Source of the DNA: Escherichia coli
GTDB lineage: Bacteria > Pseudomonadota > Gammaproteobacteria > Enterobacterales > Enterobacteriaceae
Strand: one strand, 5' to 3'
Length of the DNA: 64,000 nt
Assembly: GCF_003334765.1 (NCBI RefSeq)
Contig: NZ_QOWT01000022.1
The position numbers were made by a program, and so were the translations under genes. Under the pieces are notes generated by a model. The model ran no database searches, was not told the DNA's origin, and was given only the letters and a program-made list of their open reading frames with translations. This document shows positions 1-8,347 of this stretch, one piece after another; the stretch's first letter is position 1, and each line of letters opens with the position of its first letter.

Positions 1-1325
1 ATCCCGCCATCTGCGAATCCCTCAATATTTCTTATTGCATCCCCCTGTGAAGATAATAATTGTCGCCCGGCATCCACTCCACGTCCGTCATCCCAGCCAC
101 GAATAAATTCACCGCGTAAATCAGGCAATTTATTTGTCGGATAAACCTTTGCCAGTTCCGGGTATTCTTCAGCAGAAAAAGCCGCACCATTGCATTTTAG
201 CCAGCCTGTTGGCGGAGTGGCGGAAGGCCACGGGACAGGCACACCAACGGGTAATGCCGAACCTTCTCCCAAACCAAGGTATGTGAGAAGACCAGCTACA
301 TCCTTTCCACTCAAATTAGTCAGCGTATTGTCCAGCGGTTGTTTACCTGCCAGCGCATTAAGCATTGTCGTGGCAAAGTTCGGATCATTCCCCAGTGCCG
401 CCGCCAGTTCGTTCAGTGTATCCAGTGCCGCAGGTGCAGAACCCACCATTGCCGCAATCGCCGATTTCACAAAAGCCGTAGTGGCAATCTGTGTATTGTT
501 GACCGACTGCGCCGCCGTGGGGGCTGTTGGCGTTCCGGTGAGTGCCGGATTCGACAGCGGCGCTTTCAGTGCCAGCGCATTGTTAATGGTGGTACTGAAT
601 TTCGGGTCATTGTTAATGGCTGCGGCTATTTCTTTCAGCGTGTCCAGCGTGGCTGGCGCACCATTAATCAGGGCCGTCAGTGCCGCCTGAACAAATGCGG
701 TGGTCGCAAGCTGAGTGGTATTATTCCCCGCCGCTGGCGTTGGCGCTTTGGGGGTTCCGGTAAATGTCGGACTTTCTTTGGGTGCATACTGTGAATGCGG
801 GTCCAGTGCGGCAAGATGTTTTGCTATCAGGTCATCCACGTACACCTTCAGCTCCAGTGCCTTGTCATCCACATACTTGCGGGTTGCCAGCACTACAGCA
901 GGGTCGATTTTCAGGATGATATTGCCCGTACTGCTGGTAATCAGCACCATGCGCACGGTCTGGGTACGCCCACTGCCTTCAGCCAGTTGCGGCTTATAGC
1001 TTTCCGGGCAGTTACCCACGGCAATCAATGCCCCGGACTCATCAAACAAGCCCACTTCACGTATCCACCAACCGCCCTCGTTTTCAGGGATCACCTGTTC
1101 AGCAATAATCTGGCTGCTGTTCTGCGGGTCGATATAGAGCATATTCAGCGCAGCCCGGCGTTTCTCATTTACCAGTGCTGTCTGCTTTGCGTCCGGCGTT
1201 GGTAATGTTCCGCCGCCATCGCCGACCGCCATATGGGTAATTTTTAAAGGCACACCGAGCGCGGCGGCGCTGGCAAGTTTCGCCGCGCCAATATCCGTCA
1301 GCAGGGTATAAAATTTTGTGCTCAT
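1..1325 (-). CDS. Tail fibre protein (P2 gpH-like), N-terminal part only; 3' end lies beyond the window edge
   Basis: Hand translation of minus strand from ATG at 1325-1323 gives MSTKFYTLLTDIGAAKLA... with the conserved P2-type tail-fibre N-terminal domain; frame stays open to position 1; start overlaps gpI stop as ATGA; not in the ORF track because no stop lies inside the window. Confidence 0.8.
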   Translation of the reverse strand, partial: MSTKFYTLLTDIGAAKLASAAALGVPLKITHMAVGDGGGTLPTPDAKQTALVNEKRRAALNMLYIDPQNSSQIIAEQVIPENEGGWWIREVGLFDESGALIAVGNCPESYKPQLAEGSGRTQTVRMVLITSSTGNIILKIDPAVVLATRKYVDDKALELKVYVDDLIAKHLAALDPHSQYAPKESPTFTGTPKAPTPAAGNNTTQLATTAFVQAALTALINGAPATLDTLKEIAAAINNDPKFSTTINNALALKAPLSNPALTGTPTAPTAAQSVNNTQIATTAFVKSAIAAMVGSAPAALDTLNELAAALGNDPNFATTMLNALAGKQPLDNTLTNLSGKDVAGLLTYLGLGEGSALPVGVPVPWPSATPPTGWLKCNGAAFSAEEYPELAKVYPTNKLPDLRGEFIRGWDDGRGVDAGRQLLSSQGDAIRNIEGFADGG

Positions 1326-1927
1326 GGATTCACTCTCATTGTGTCAATAACATGGACCGCCCCGCCTTCATGCGCGGTGCCGCCGGAAATAATTGTTTCG
1401 TTGATATACGGATAGATCGTGATTTCTTCGCCAAGATAACTGGCGGCTCCCACCCAATGCGGGCCGCTGGTCTGCAGATTGATGGACATGCCGATCATGT
1501 GACGGCTACATGGTTTGGCATCGCTTATCAGTCGCTCAAGTTCCAGATAGGTATCTTCAGTGATGCCCTGATCCTGCACGCCGATATCCAGGCGAAACGT
1601 GCCTGGTGTTTCTCCGGTCTGCCACCACTCAATAATGCGGATCAGAAAGCCGAACGGCTCCACCACCCGCCGCACGGCACTGGTGGTTCCTTTATGCTGA
1701 TGAATATAAAAAGCATCCTTCACCACCTGGCGTTTGACACTTTCCGTCCAGTCCTCGTCCCAGCGATCCACAGAGAACGCCCAGGCGAGATAAGGCAGGA
1801 AACTGACCGGACAGGTCGTTGGATTCCACAAGTCACGCAGCGGCACCTGCAAATCAGAAATCCCGCTGCAGGTTTGCGCCAGTCGGCGCTCCAGTGAAGT
1901 TGAACCCGGTGGCAGCAGACTATTCAT
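1322..1927 (-). CDS. Baseplate assembly protein (P2 gpI-like)
   Basis: 201-aa ORF; position between J and H; ATGA-type overlaps with neighbours. Confidence 0.75.
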   Translation of the reverse strand: MNSLLPPGSTSLERRLAQTCSGISDLQVPLRDLWNPTTCPVSFLPYLAWAFSVDRWDEDWTESVKRQVVKDAFYIHQHKGTTSAVRRVVEPFGFLIRIIEWWQTGETPGTFRLDIGVQDQGITEDTYLELERLISDAKPCSRHMIGMSINLQTSGPHWVGAASYLGEEITIYPYINETIISGGTAHEGGAVHVIDTMRVNP

Positions 1928-2828
1928 CCGTTCCTCCGTTGGTTACGCTCCACTGCGTACATGATGCCGCCTGTGTTTTGTTCAGGACCACATCCGCCAG
2001 CGGCGAAGCCAGCTCCACACGCTGCACACCCTCAACATGCAGGGCGGCAAAGATGGCGCTACGGCGAATATCCCGGCCAAGACGCGTCTGACTGGCGATG
2101 TACTTCTGCAGACTGGCTTTTGCCGCTGCCATTACCGGCTCTGCTTCCGGTCCCGGATAGAGAAAAATGGTGGCTTCCACGCGGTACGGGATGATTTCTG
2201 CGCTGCGAACCGTCAGACGGTCAGCCACCGGGCGGACGTTCTCACTGTTCAGGGCTTTCTCCACCACATCCAGCAAGTCTTTTTCTGCTGTTCCATCGCC
2301 TTCGCGGCTAAGGACAGTCAGCACCACCTCTGCAGGTGCCGGACTGGTTGCACTGGCATCCGCCACCCGACCGTCGGCGCTTCGGGCATGAAATTCATAA
2401 GCTGCAGTTGGCCCCGCAACTGAAAGCCCTTCAAAGGCTGCAGGCACACGCAGGCGTAACGCTTCATCGCTTTCCATCACAGCTGCAACGGGCGGCACAG
2501 CGTCATCATCAGCAGGCGTCACCGTCAGGCGTTTCACGTTGTAGTTGGCAGCGAGCTGGTCAAGATCGCCGCCCATCGCATAAGCCACCATCACCGCCTG
2601 CGCGGCTTCGTTAATGCGCTGGCGCAGAAGCAACTCACGGTAAGCGTTCTCCTGCAACAATTTGGTGACGGGTTCAGATTCCAGTTCCAGCGTGCGGATC
2701 ACTGCTTCCTGCTCATCTTTCGGATGAAGCGCCACAAATTCTGCCTTGCGTTCGGCAAGCAGCGTCTCAAAGTCCGGCACATCCACAATCTGCGGCGCAG
2801 GCAACTGCGAAAGGTCAATCACTGCCAT
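1920..2828 (-). CDS. Baseplate assembly protein (P2 gpJ-like)
   Basis: ORF 1920-2867; start chosen at internal Met (MAVIDLSQLP...) giving 302 aa, the P2 gpJ size as recalled; position in W-J-I order. Confidence 0.75.
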   Translation of the reverse strand: MAVIDLSQLPAPQIVDVPDFETLLAERKAEFVALHPKDEQEAVIRTLELESEPVTKLLQENAYRELLLRQRINEAAQAVMVAYAMGGDLDQLAANYNVKRLTVTPADDDAVPPVAAVMESDEALRLRVPAAFEGLSVAGPTAAYEFHARSADGRVADASATSPAPAEVVLTVLSREGDGTAEKDLLDVVEKALNSENVRPVADRLTVRSAEIIPYRVEATIFLYPGPEAEPVMAAAKASLQKYIASQTRLGRDIRRSAIFAALHVEGVQRVELASPLADVVLNKTQAASCTQWSVTNGGTDE

Positions 2829-3174
2829 TCTCTGCTCCTGTTGATACGGAAAGGGAAACAGGCACACCGTTATTACGCCGCCCGGTCAGCTCCACCACCA
2901 TTGAACCGTCAAAATCGCTGTTGATGGTGATGGAATCCAGCGTCAGCCGTGGCTCCCAGCGACTCAGCGCCACATACACTGCCGACATGACCTGCAGGCG
3001 TAATGCCGGATTTTGTGGCTGGTCTATCAGTGCCGACAGCAGAGAACCATATTCCCGACGGGCAATACGGCTACCCTGCGGTGTCAGCAGAATGTCCCGC
3101 ACCGACTGGCGCAGATGGTCAATATCAGTAATGGCTTTGCCGCTGGTATTGTTCATCCCGCTATAAAGCGTCAT
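2815..3174 (-). CDS. Baseplate assembly protein (P2 gpW-like, GPW/gp25 family)
   Basis: 119-aa ORF; start overlaps gpV stop as ATGA; position between V and J. Confidence 0.75.
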   Translation of the reverse strand: MTLYSGMNNTSGKAITDIDHLRQSVRDILLTPQGSRIARREYGSLLSALIDQPQNPALRLQVMSAVYVALSRWEPRLTLDSITINSDFDGSMVVELTGRRNNGVPVSLSVSTGAENGSD

Positions 3175-3749
3175 ACCGGACCTCCGGTTGTGTCGCCGCC
3201 TTTCAGGACGCCAGTATGCTGATGCGCATCAACCACAATCCCGTTAGAGCTCATCGCTCCACCGCCCTGGGTAACGCCACCATTGATCACCACTTCGCTG
3301 TTAATACGCGTGCGGTCAGCCTCCAGCATAAACTCACTGGTTTTCAGGGTGATATTGTCAGCGGCCTCAATGACCATTGATTTGATGCCCCTGACATACC
3401 AGCGCCCGGTGGCGGGTTCGTATTCAAACCAGCCGCCGTCAGGATGTTCTGTCACGCAGGCGTCCGCCGACGTCGAAGGTGGCGCGAACTGATTCGAATA
3501 GATGGCGGGTAACGCAAAGGCGGTTTCCAGATTGCCGCCCAGACTCAGCAGCACCACCTGCTCACCTTCCGATGGTCGCCACCATGTGCGGGCATTACCC
3601 GCGCGCAGCGTCAGCCAGTTAATCCAGTTGGTTTCAAGGTCGCCCGTTTTCACCCGACAAAGCCAGTTTTCCCGGTCCACTTCGGTGACTACACCTATGC
3701 GGATCAGATTGGTGATAAGGCGCATGATTTCGGTTAGTTGTGCGTTCAT
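3171..3749 (-). CDS. Baseplate spike/assembly protein (P2 gpV-like)
   Basis: ORF 3171-3992; phage-like sequence begins at internal Met (MNAQLTEIMRLITNL...) at 3749; the upstream in-frame part is AT-rich insert DNA and unlikely to be coding. Confidence 0.7.
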   Translation of the reverse strand: MNAQLTEIMRLITNLIRIGVVTEVDRENWLCRVKTGDLETNWINWLTLRAGNARTWWRPSEGEQVVLLSLGGNLETAFALPAIYSNQFAPPSTSADACVTEHPDGGWFEYEPATGRWYVRGIKSMVIEAADNITLKTSEFMLEADRTRINSEVVINGGVTQGGGAMSSNGIVVDAHQHTGVLKGGDTTGGPV

Positions 3750-3852
3750 AGATATATGATGACAGCTGAAAACTTGTTTATAACTTCTTGCAAATTGTGG
3801 TATCGATGGTACAAATTGATAAAAGGATAAAAAACAACCAATAGGTGGATAA

Positions 3853-4659
3853 ATGAGTGTTATGAATCCAATAAGTTCTAATATATTTAATGCTGAATTT
3901 TTAAACACCCCGGCAGCGGCACTTGCCGCATGGATTTCCATTATTGGAGCTGTTATAACTTTGGTGACGATAGTTATAAGAGCACTATTCAAATATAGAA
4001 AATCTCATGATGTAATTTTGAAAAAATCAGGAATACCTGCGTTTATATTGAATTTTTTTCTTATACGAATATCATTAAAAAGGCTGCCTACTATCACATG
4101 GGCTGAAAAATCAATCACGGTTCTCTTTTCACTTCTTTTTTTGTGTGCAATTTATATTTTTGGTCCAGTTTTCATCCAAGCCATTAGAACCCCACCAAAT
4201 AGCACATTGCTTTATTGGATAAAATCCGGTGAATCATTTTATATGTCAAAAAAACTGGCGACTGCAGCTACAATATTAACCACTCCTGATTGGGAAATAT
4301 CAAAGGATGATTGCGAAGAGTCATCCTCTGCCAGTACAGAGAAGTACAAATCATTAACTATCGAACATAAAGAAATTCTTTGTAAACTACTAACCACTGA
4401 TGAAGGGAATGCTTACATTGATGAAGAAGTCAAGAATTTCGTTAAAGACAAATTCTTTATCTATTCCTTTGCCCCAACAACCATATTTATTCTATTATGG
4501 ATTTCTTTGGGTTTTATACTGACCATTCACTATTCTAAAAAAGTTAGGAAATATATTCTGACTGAACAAAAAAATGCAATTCATTGGGCATATGGTGAAT
4601 TCAAGACAGAAGGAATCTATTCAATATATCAAGAGTTAGAACGTAAGACTCACCATTAA
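3853..4659 (+). CDS. Hypothetical polytopic membrane protein (moron inserted between tail genes S and V)
   Basis: 268-aa ORF, strongly AT-rich unlike flanking tail genes; several hydrophobic segments (e.g. AALAAWISIIGAVITLVTIVI, ITVLFSLLFLCAIYIFGPVF, TTIFILLWISLGFILTI); no recognisable domain. Confidence 0.6.
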   Translation: MSVMNPISSNIFNAEFLNTPAAALAAWISIIGAVITLVTIVIRALFKYRKSHDVILKKSGIPAFILNFFLIRISLKRLPTITWAEKSITVLFSLLFLCAIYIFGPVFIQAIRTPPNSTLLYWIKSGESFYMSKKLATAATILTTPDWEISKDDCEESSSASTEKYKSLTIEHKEILCKLLTTDEGNAYIDEEVKNFVKDKFFIYSFAPTTIFILLWISLGFILTIHYSKKVRKYILTEQKNAIHWAYGEFKTEGIYSIYQELERKTHH

Positions 4660-5047
4660 GACCCAACAAACGACGCTCTGCGTAACGCACTTCCGGTCCT
4701 TTGCGGCTGACGCGATCGCGCAGGCCATAATGGTGAACGCGGGCAATGCGCTGCACCTTACCTTCAAACTGCACGCTGGCAGAATCGGCGCTGGCGGCAG
4801 TTTTCAGGTATTTGGTGGTGCGCAGCTTTGCAAACATCTGACGTTTGATGCGGCCTTTTTTACTGCGCGCCGTGACCTTGCGCGGTTCATAACTGCTGCC
4901 ATCTGGATTGCGCTGCATCCTGATATTCTGCTGCTGTGTCCGGCGCAGTTCCTGCGCCAGCTGGCGCATCATGCGGCTTCTTGCGACTGGTTCCAGATTC
5001 GCCAGTAAGGCACTAAGCCAGTCGTCCACCTTCTGCAGTTCAGCCAC
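4601..5047 (-). CDS. Tail completion / virion morphogenesis protein (P2 gpS-like); last ~19 codons encoded by AT-rich insert DNA
   Basis: 148-aa ORF with basic gpS-like sequence; position next to R; 3' end 4601-4659 overlaps the convergent moron ORF. Confidence 0.7.
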   Translation of the reverse strand: MAELQKVDDWLSALLANLEPVARSRMMRQLAQELRRTQQQNIRMQRNPDGSSYEPRKVTARSKKGRIKRQMFAKLRTTKYLKTAASADSASVQFEGKVQRIARVHHYGLRDRVSRKGPEVRYAERRLLGLNGESYVLTLDILNRFLLS

Positions 5048-5498
5048 GTTTCACCGTCCACATTTCTTCAGGTTCATCGGGTTCTGCTACCGCTTCAACG
5101 CTCGACACACTGCCGTCAGTGCTGACCAGCACACGTTCCGTCAGTTGCAGGTTAAGGCTGATATCACAGACATCGTTGCGCAGAATATCCACCTCAAAGG
5201 TAAATAGTTTTTCCCGTAACGCCGGGTTATTGATGGCATCGGGCTGGTTATCCCGCAGCCACAGCAAAACCGGGGCCATCAGCAGATTCTGGTCGCCGCT
5301 GAAATCCTCAATCACCACGTTCAGGGTGTAACCACGCAGCCCTACGAGTTCACTAAAGGCAGTATCTTTCACCTGATGGAGCCGGACCTGAACCAGGAAA
5401 TTTACGGCCTGCCGGAATATCTGTCCGCCATTCCGTCCGCCTTGCTGAACGAGTCCGCTACGCTGTTCCGGCGTAAATACTACATCAATGGCAGTCAT
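5040..5498 (-). CDS. Tail completion protein (P2 gpR-like); N-terminus possibly not native
   Basis: 152-aa ORF; C-terminal ~100 aa look gpR-like (YTLNVVIEDFSGD...LTERVLVS); N-terminal ~40 codons are antisense to the portal fragment. Confidence 0.65.
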   Translation of the reverse strand: MTAIDVVFTPEQRSGLVQQGGRNGGQIFRQAVNFLVQVRLHQVKDTAFSELVGLRGYTLNVVIEDFSGDQNLLMAPVLLWLRDNQPDAINNPALREKLFTFEVDILRNDVCDISLNLQLTERVLVSTDGSVSSVEAVAEPDEPEEMWTVKRG

Positions 5499-5906
5499 GC
5501 AGGGTTCATCATGTATATGACCGACGCCGCGCAGAACCAGGAGGACGTGAACAACATCCGCCAGGCCATGAAAAGCGCTAAAGGACCGGGCAACTTCCGC
5601 AACCTGTTTATGTATTCACCCAACGGCAAAAAGGACGGGATTCAGATAATCCCGCTGTCAGAGGTAGCGGCAAAGGATGAGTTTCTGAACATTAAGAACG
5701 TGAGCCGAGACGACATGATGGCTGCACACCGCGTTCCGCCGCAGATGATGGGGATTATGCCGAGTAATGTTGGGGGATTTGGGGATGTGGAAAAGGCGAG
5801 TAAGGTGTTTGTCCGTAACGAATTGATACCGCTGCAAAAGCGAATTAAAGAAATTAATGAATGGTTGAGTGATGAAATAATTTCTTTCCAACCATATGAA
5901 TTATAA
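5376..5906 (+). pseudogene. Portal protein fragment (P2 gpQ-like, C-terminal portion only)
   Basis: 176-aa ORF ending ...NVSRDDMMAAHRVPPQMMGIMP...; portal-like C-terminus, about half the expected length; directly abuts gpR on the opposite strand with no capsid, terminase or lysis genes between. Confidence 0.6.
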
Positions 5907-5907
5907 T

Positions 5908-5934
5908 AAAGTAGGGCAAATAATGCCCTACTTT
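5908..5934. terminator. Bidirectional stem-loop between convergent portal fragment and 285-aa cargo gene
   Basis: Perfect inverted repeat AAAGTAGGGC-(AAATAAT)-GCCCTACTTT flanked by A/T runs. Confidence 0.6.
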
Positions 5935-6785
5935 AACCAAATATTATAATCCAATCTTCCTACGTATCTTGAAAAAACAGCCAGAGCAATTGCTTGCCCT
6001 ACACTTGTTAATTCAATTCCTTGATAGTTGCTCTTTGAAAATTTTTCTAAAAATGCAGACACATGAGGGGCAACTAACTTAAGATTTGAAATATATGCAC
6101 TCTTATCTTTTATATCAGTCGGATATTTACTCATAAAATAGTCTTCAACATCCATCCCTAAAAAAGTATTCCATGAACAAGCCCCTGCATATTGAATGTG
6201 ATATATCTGGGCTTGAGACAAATTAAACCCATTAGTATACATTGATTCAAAGTTTCTAAAATTGTGCTCCAACAAATCCAATCGAACACCATTAACAGGG
6301 TCTTTGATCTCAACATTCTTGAGAAGAAAAACTATCGTTATAAGTGATATTTGTTGCTGTGTTAACTTGGGAACGACGGTAACTGCCTCCGTTAAAACTA
6401 TATCTCTAAAATCGTCATTGTTATTGGAGACTCGTTCAACTAACAACTGAGAAAGCACATCCATATTAGCTTTCTTTCCCTTCCTGGCTGATGACTTTAA
6501 TGCCTCAGTCAATGTAGCCTGAACGTCCGGATCGCAAAATTTATCAATAATCAATCTATCAACGTTTTTTGTTAAATCCGAAACGACACGCTCTTCAAAA
6601 TCTTTTGCATTCTCTTGAGCTGCAGCATAAGCAACATCTTTCAATTTTGGAAACTGATTTTCGAAGAGAATGTTGAATAGTTCTCTAACCTCGGAAAACG
6701 ACATCCCTGAAACATTTACATTATTTCCAGCTTGAATTGCATACGAATTATTACCTATTTGTTGCTTTTGCTTATCACTAAACAT
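5928..6785 (-). CDS. Hypothetical protein, 285 aa (AT-rich cargo, cos-proximal)
   Basis: Long ORF in AT-rich DNA; no domain recognised; N-terminal low-complexity motif IGNNSYAIQAGNNVNV. Confidence 0.65.
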   Translation of the reverse strand: MFSDKQKQQIGNNSYAIQAGNNVNVSGMSFSEVRELFNILFENQFPKLKDVAYAAAQENAKDFEERVVSDLTKNVDRLIIDKFCDPDVQATLTEALKSSARKGKKANMDVLSQLLVERVSNNNDDFRDIVLTEAVTVVPKLTQQQISLITIVFLLKNVEIKDPVNGVRLDLLEHNFRNFESMYTNGFNLSQAQIYHIQYAGACSWNTFLGMDVEDYFMSKYPTDIKDKSAYISNLKLVAPHVSAFLEKFSKSNYQGIELTSVGQAIALAVFSRYVGRLDYNIWLK

Positions 6786-6794
6786 ATATCCTCC

Positions 6795-7040
6795 TTATTT
6801 TTTATCACCTGTATTTATACAATCAATTTTAATATCACCTCTAGCCTGGACAGCAGTTGAATTATCACCAACTGATTGGCTCATAGAATTATATTTATTT
6901 TTTGTAGTGATAAGTAATCCAGCTAAAGCGCTAACTGCAGCCAAAAATGCAACAATAGAATCAAAACCAGGATCCATATAAAGCCATAATCCTGCAATCG
7001 ATGCCAGCATACATGTAATGACTATTGCAAAAATTTTCAT
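6795..7040 (-). CDS. Small membrane protein, 81 aa, two predicted TM helices; co-oriented 9 bp upstream of the 285-aa gene
   Basis: Hydrophobic segments IFAIVITCMLASIAGLWLY and IVAFLAAVSALAGLLIT; C-terminal tail VGDNSTAVQARGDIKI resembles the N-terminus of the downstream protein. Confidence 0.55.
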   Translation of the reverse strand: MKIFAIVITCMLASIAGLWLYMDPGFDSIVAFLAAVSALAGLLITTKNKYNSMSQSVGDNSTAVQARGDIKIDCINTGDKK

Positions 7041-7108
7041 AAATTCTCCTTCTAATGGAAGTGGTTATACCGAAAACAATTTCCTTTTACAACCACGCAC
7101 AGCGCGCG

Positions 7109-7127
7109 CTCGTATCCCCGCCACGCC
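7109..7127 (-). other. cos-like site (P2/186-type cohesive-end sequence)
   Basis: Minus strand reads GGCGTGGCGGGGATACGAG, close to the P2/186 cos overhang as I recall it (GGCG[A/T]GGCGGGGAAAGCA-); sits in a GC-rich island inside AT-rich DNA. Confidence 0.45.
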
Positions 7128-7345
7128 TGCCCGCTTTGTGTAGTGGTTTTCATGCACCTGCATGACATAAGTAAAAGCCCGCCAGAACTGGCGGGACTGA
7201 GCAAAAACGATCCTTTTGCGATCATTCATTTTCATGCGCTATAGTCATGCAACAAACGCATACGAACCATATGGTTAGATTACTCATCAAGTCAGATGGA
7301 TTTTCAGGCAGATTGCCACAGCAATTGTAAAGGAGCGAGATTGAA

Positions 7346-8347
7346 ATGGGTGGAGAGACTTCGGCTATACAACGAGTCGCGGGTAAGATTTCTGATGATA
7401 TTTTCTCAGTGTTCAAATGGGATCGTGCCGCTAGAGCGGACATGAATTGGGATTGTTGCCAAGAGGCTCATTCCAAGAAAACACATCCAAGCGATGTTGT
7501 ATTTTTCTACATAGATCCATATGAGGAGGAAATGGTCTATCTCAACACAGACCTCAAAAGCTATGCAGAAGGTACTATTGGGAAAAAAATAGTCGAGGGA
7601 GCTTTAACATCGCTTGCTTTAGCTACCGAGTGTGCAAATGTCAGTGAAGAATGGCGATTGAAATATGTTCATGATGATTCTTTAGGTTATAACGTAAGAG
7701 GGTTATTATTCTTATATAACCATGATAATTTATATGATAAAGACTTCTATGAGAATATTACAAAAAAATTAGATCACTCATCTATAAATTGCCCTCCAAA
7801 CATCAAACTACATTTGCTTGACCCTTATAAAATATCAGATTTGATAAACATATCTTCTGACATAACTAAGTTAATTGGTTCAGGCAAACTTCCTCAACCT
7901 GATAAGTTCACATATTATTATCCAGATCTTTCCCTAACAAGAATAAAGCACCCTATTAATCAGACAACACCTGCAACAATTGAATTATTAACATCACCAT
8001 ACATTATAATAAAGCATGAGGCTTTCAGTTGGCTCAGGGATAAAAACCCTGAGGGATATGTTGTTTATTACAATCAACCGGGGGATTCAGTAGACGAATT
8101 CGTTTACTTCTTTGATATGTTATCAACTTATCAGATATTAACCGAAGGTAAACCAATCGTATTACGCCATTGTCACATTCACCCAAATGAAAATGCCATT
8201 CATCATTTTGAAAGAGCGAAAAAGAAATACAGCACAGACTGGCTCTTAGGCGAGGATGAAAGACTTTTTCTTAAAATTGACTTCGACAAGACAGACAAAA
8301 TTGTTGTTGAATATAATCTTGAACAAATCGGCATGGAGCAACGATAA
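7346..8347 (+). CDS. Hypothetical protein A, 333 aa (first gene of three-gene cargo operon)
   Basis: ORF with AGGAG-like RBS ~10 nt upstream; AT-rich; stop overlaps next start (TAATG); no Walker A, RT or TIR motif seen. Confidence 0.7.
   Translation: MGGETSAIQRVAGKISDDIFSVFKWDRAARADMNWDCCQEAHSKKTHPSDVVFFYIDPYEEEMVYLNTDLKSYAEGTIGKKIVEGALTSLALATECANVSEEWRLKYVHDDSLGYNVRGLLFLYNHDNLYDKDFYENITKKLDHSSINCPPNIKLHLLDPYKISDLINISSDITKLIGSGKLPQPDKFTYYYPDLSLTRIKHPINQTTPATIELLTSPYIIIKHEAFSWLRDKNPEGYVVYYNQPGDSVDEFVYFFDMLSTYQILTEGKPIVLRHCHIHPNENAIHHFERAKKKYSTDWLLGEDERLFLKIDFDKTDKIVVEYNLEQIGMEQR

Noticed and set aside
190-1205. Four overlapping plus-strand ORFs (166, 151, 94, 136 aa) at the left end
   Set aside because: They are antisense to the tail-fibre gene H reading frame, which translates into a clear P2-type tail-fibre N-terminus; their products are low-complexity Ala/Gly/Arg/Cys-rich, typical of antisense frames in GC-rich coding DNA.
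1316-1897. 193-aa plus-strand ORF
   Set aside because: Antisense to the gpI-like baseplate gene; no independent support.
7081-7200. Possible retron msr/msd-like non-coding RNA in the GC-rich island with inverted repeats
   Set aside because: No reverse transcriptase gene (no YxDD-containing ORF) is adjacent; the island is better explained as the cos region of the prophage.
7222-7443. 73-aa minus-strand ORF upstream of the three-gene operon
   Set aside because: Lies across the promoter and 5' end of cargo gene A in AT-rich and GC-island DNA, with no RBS or homology; most likely spurious.
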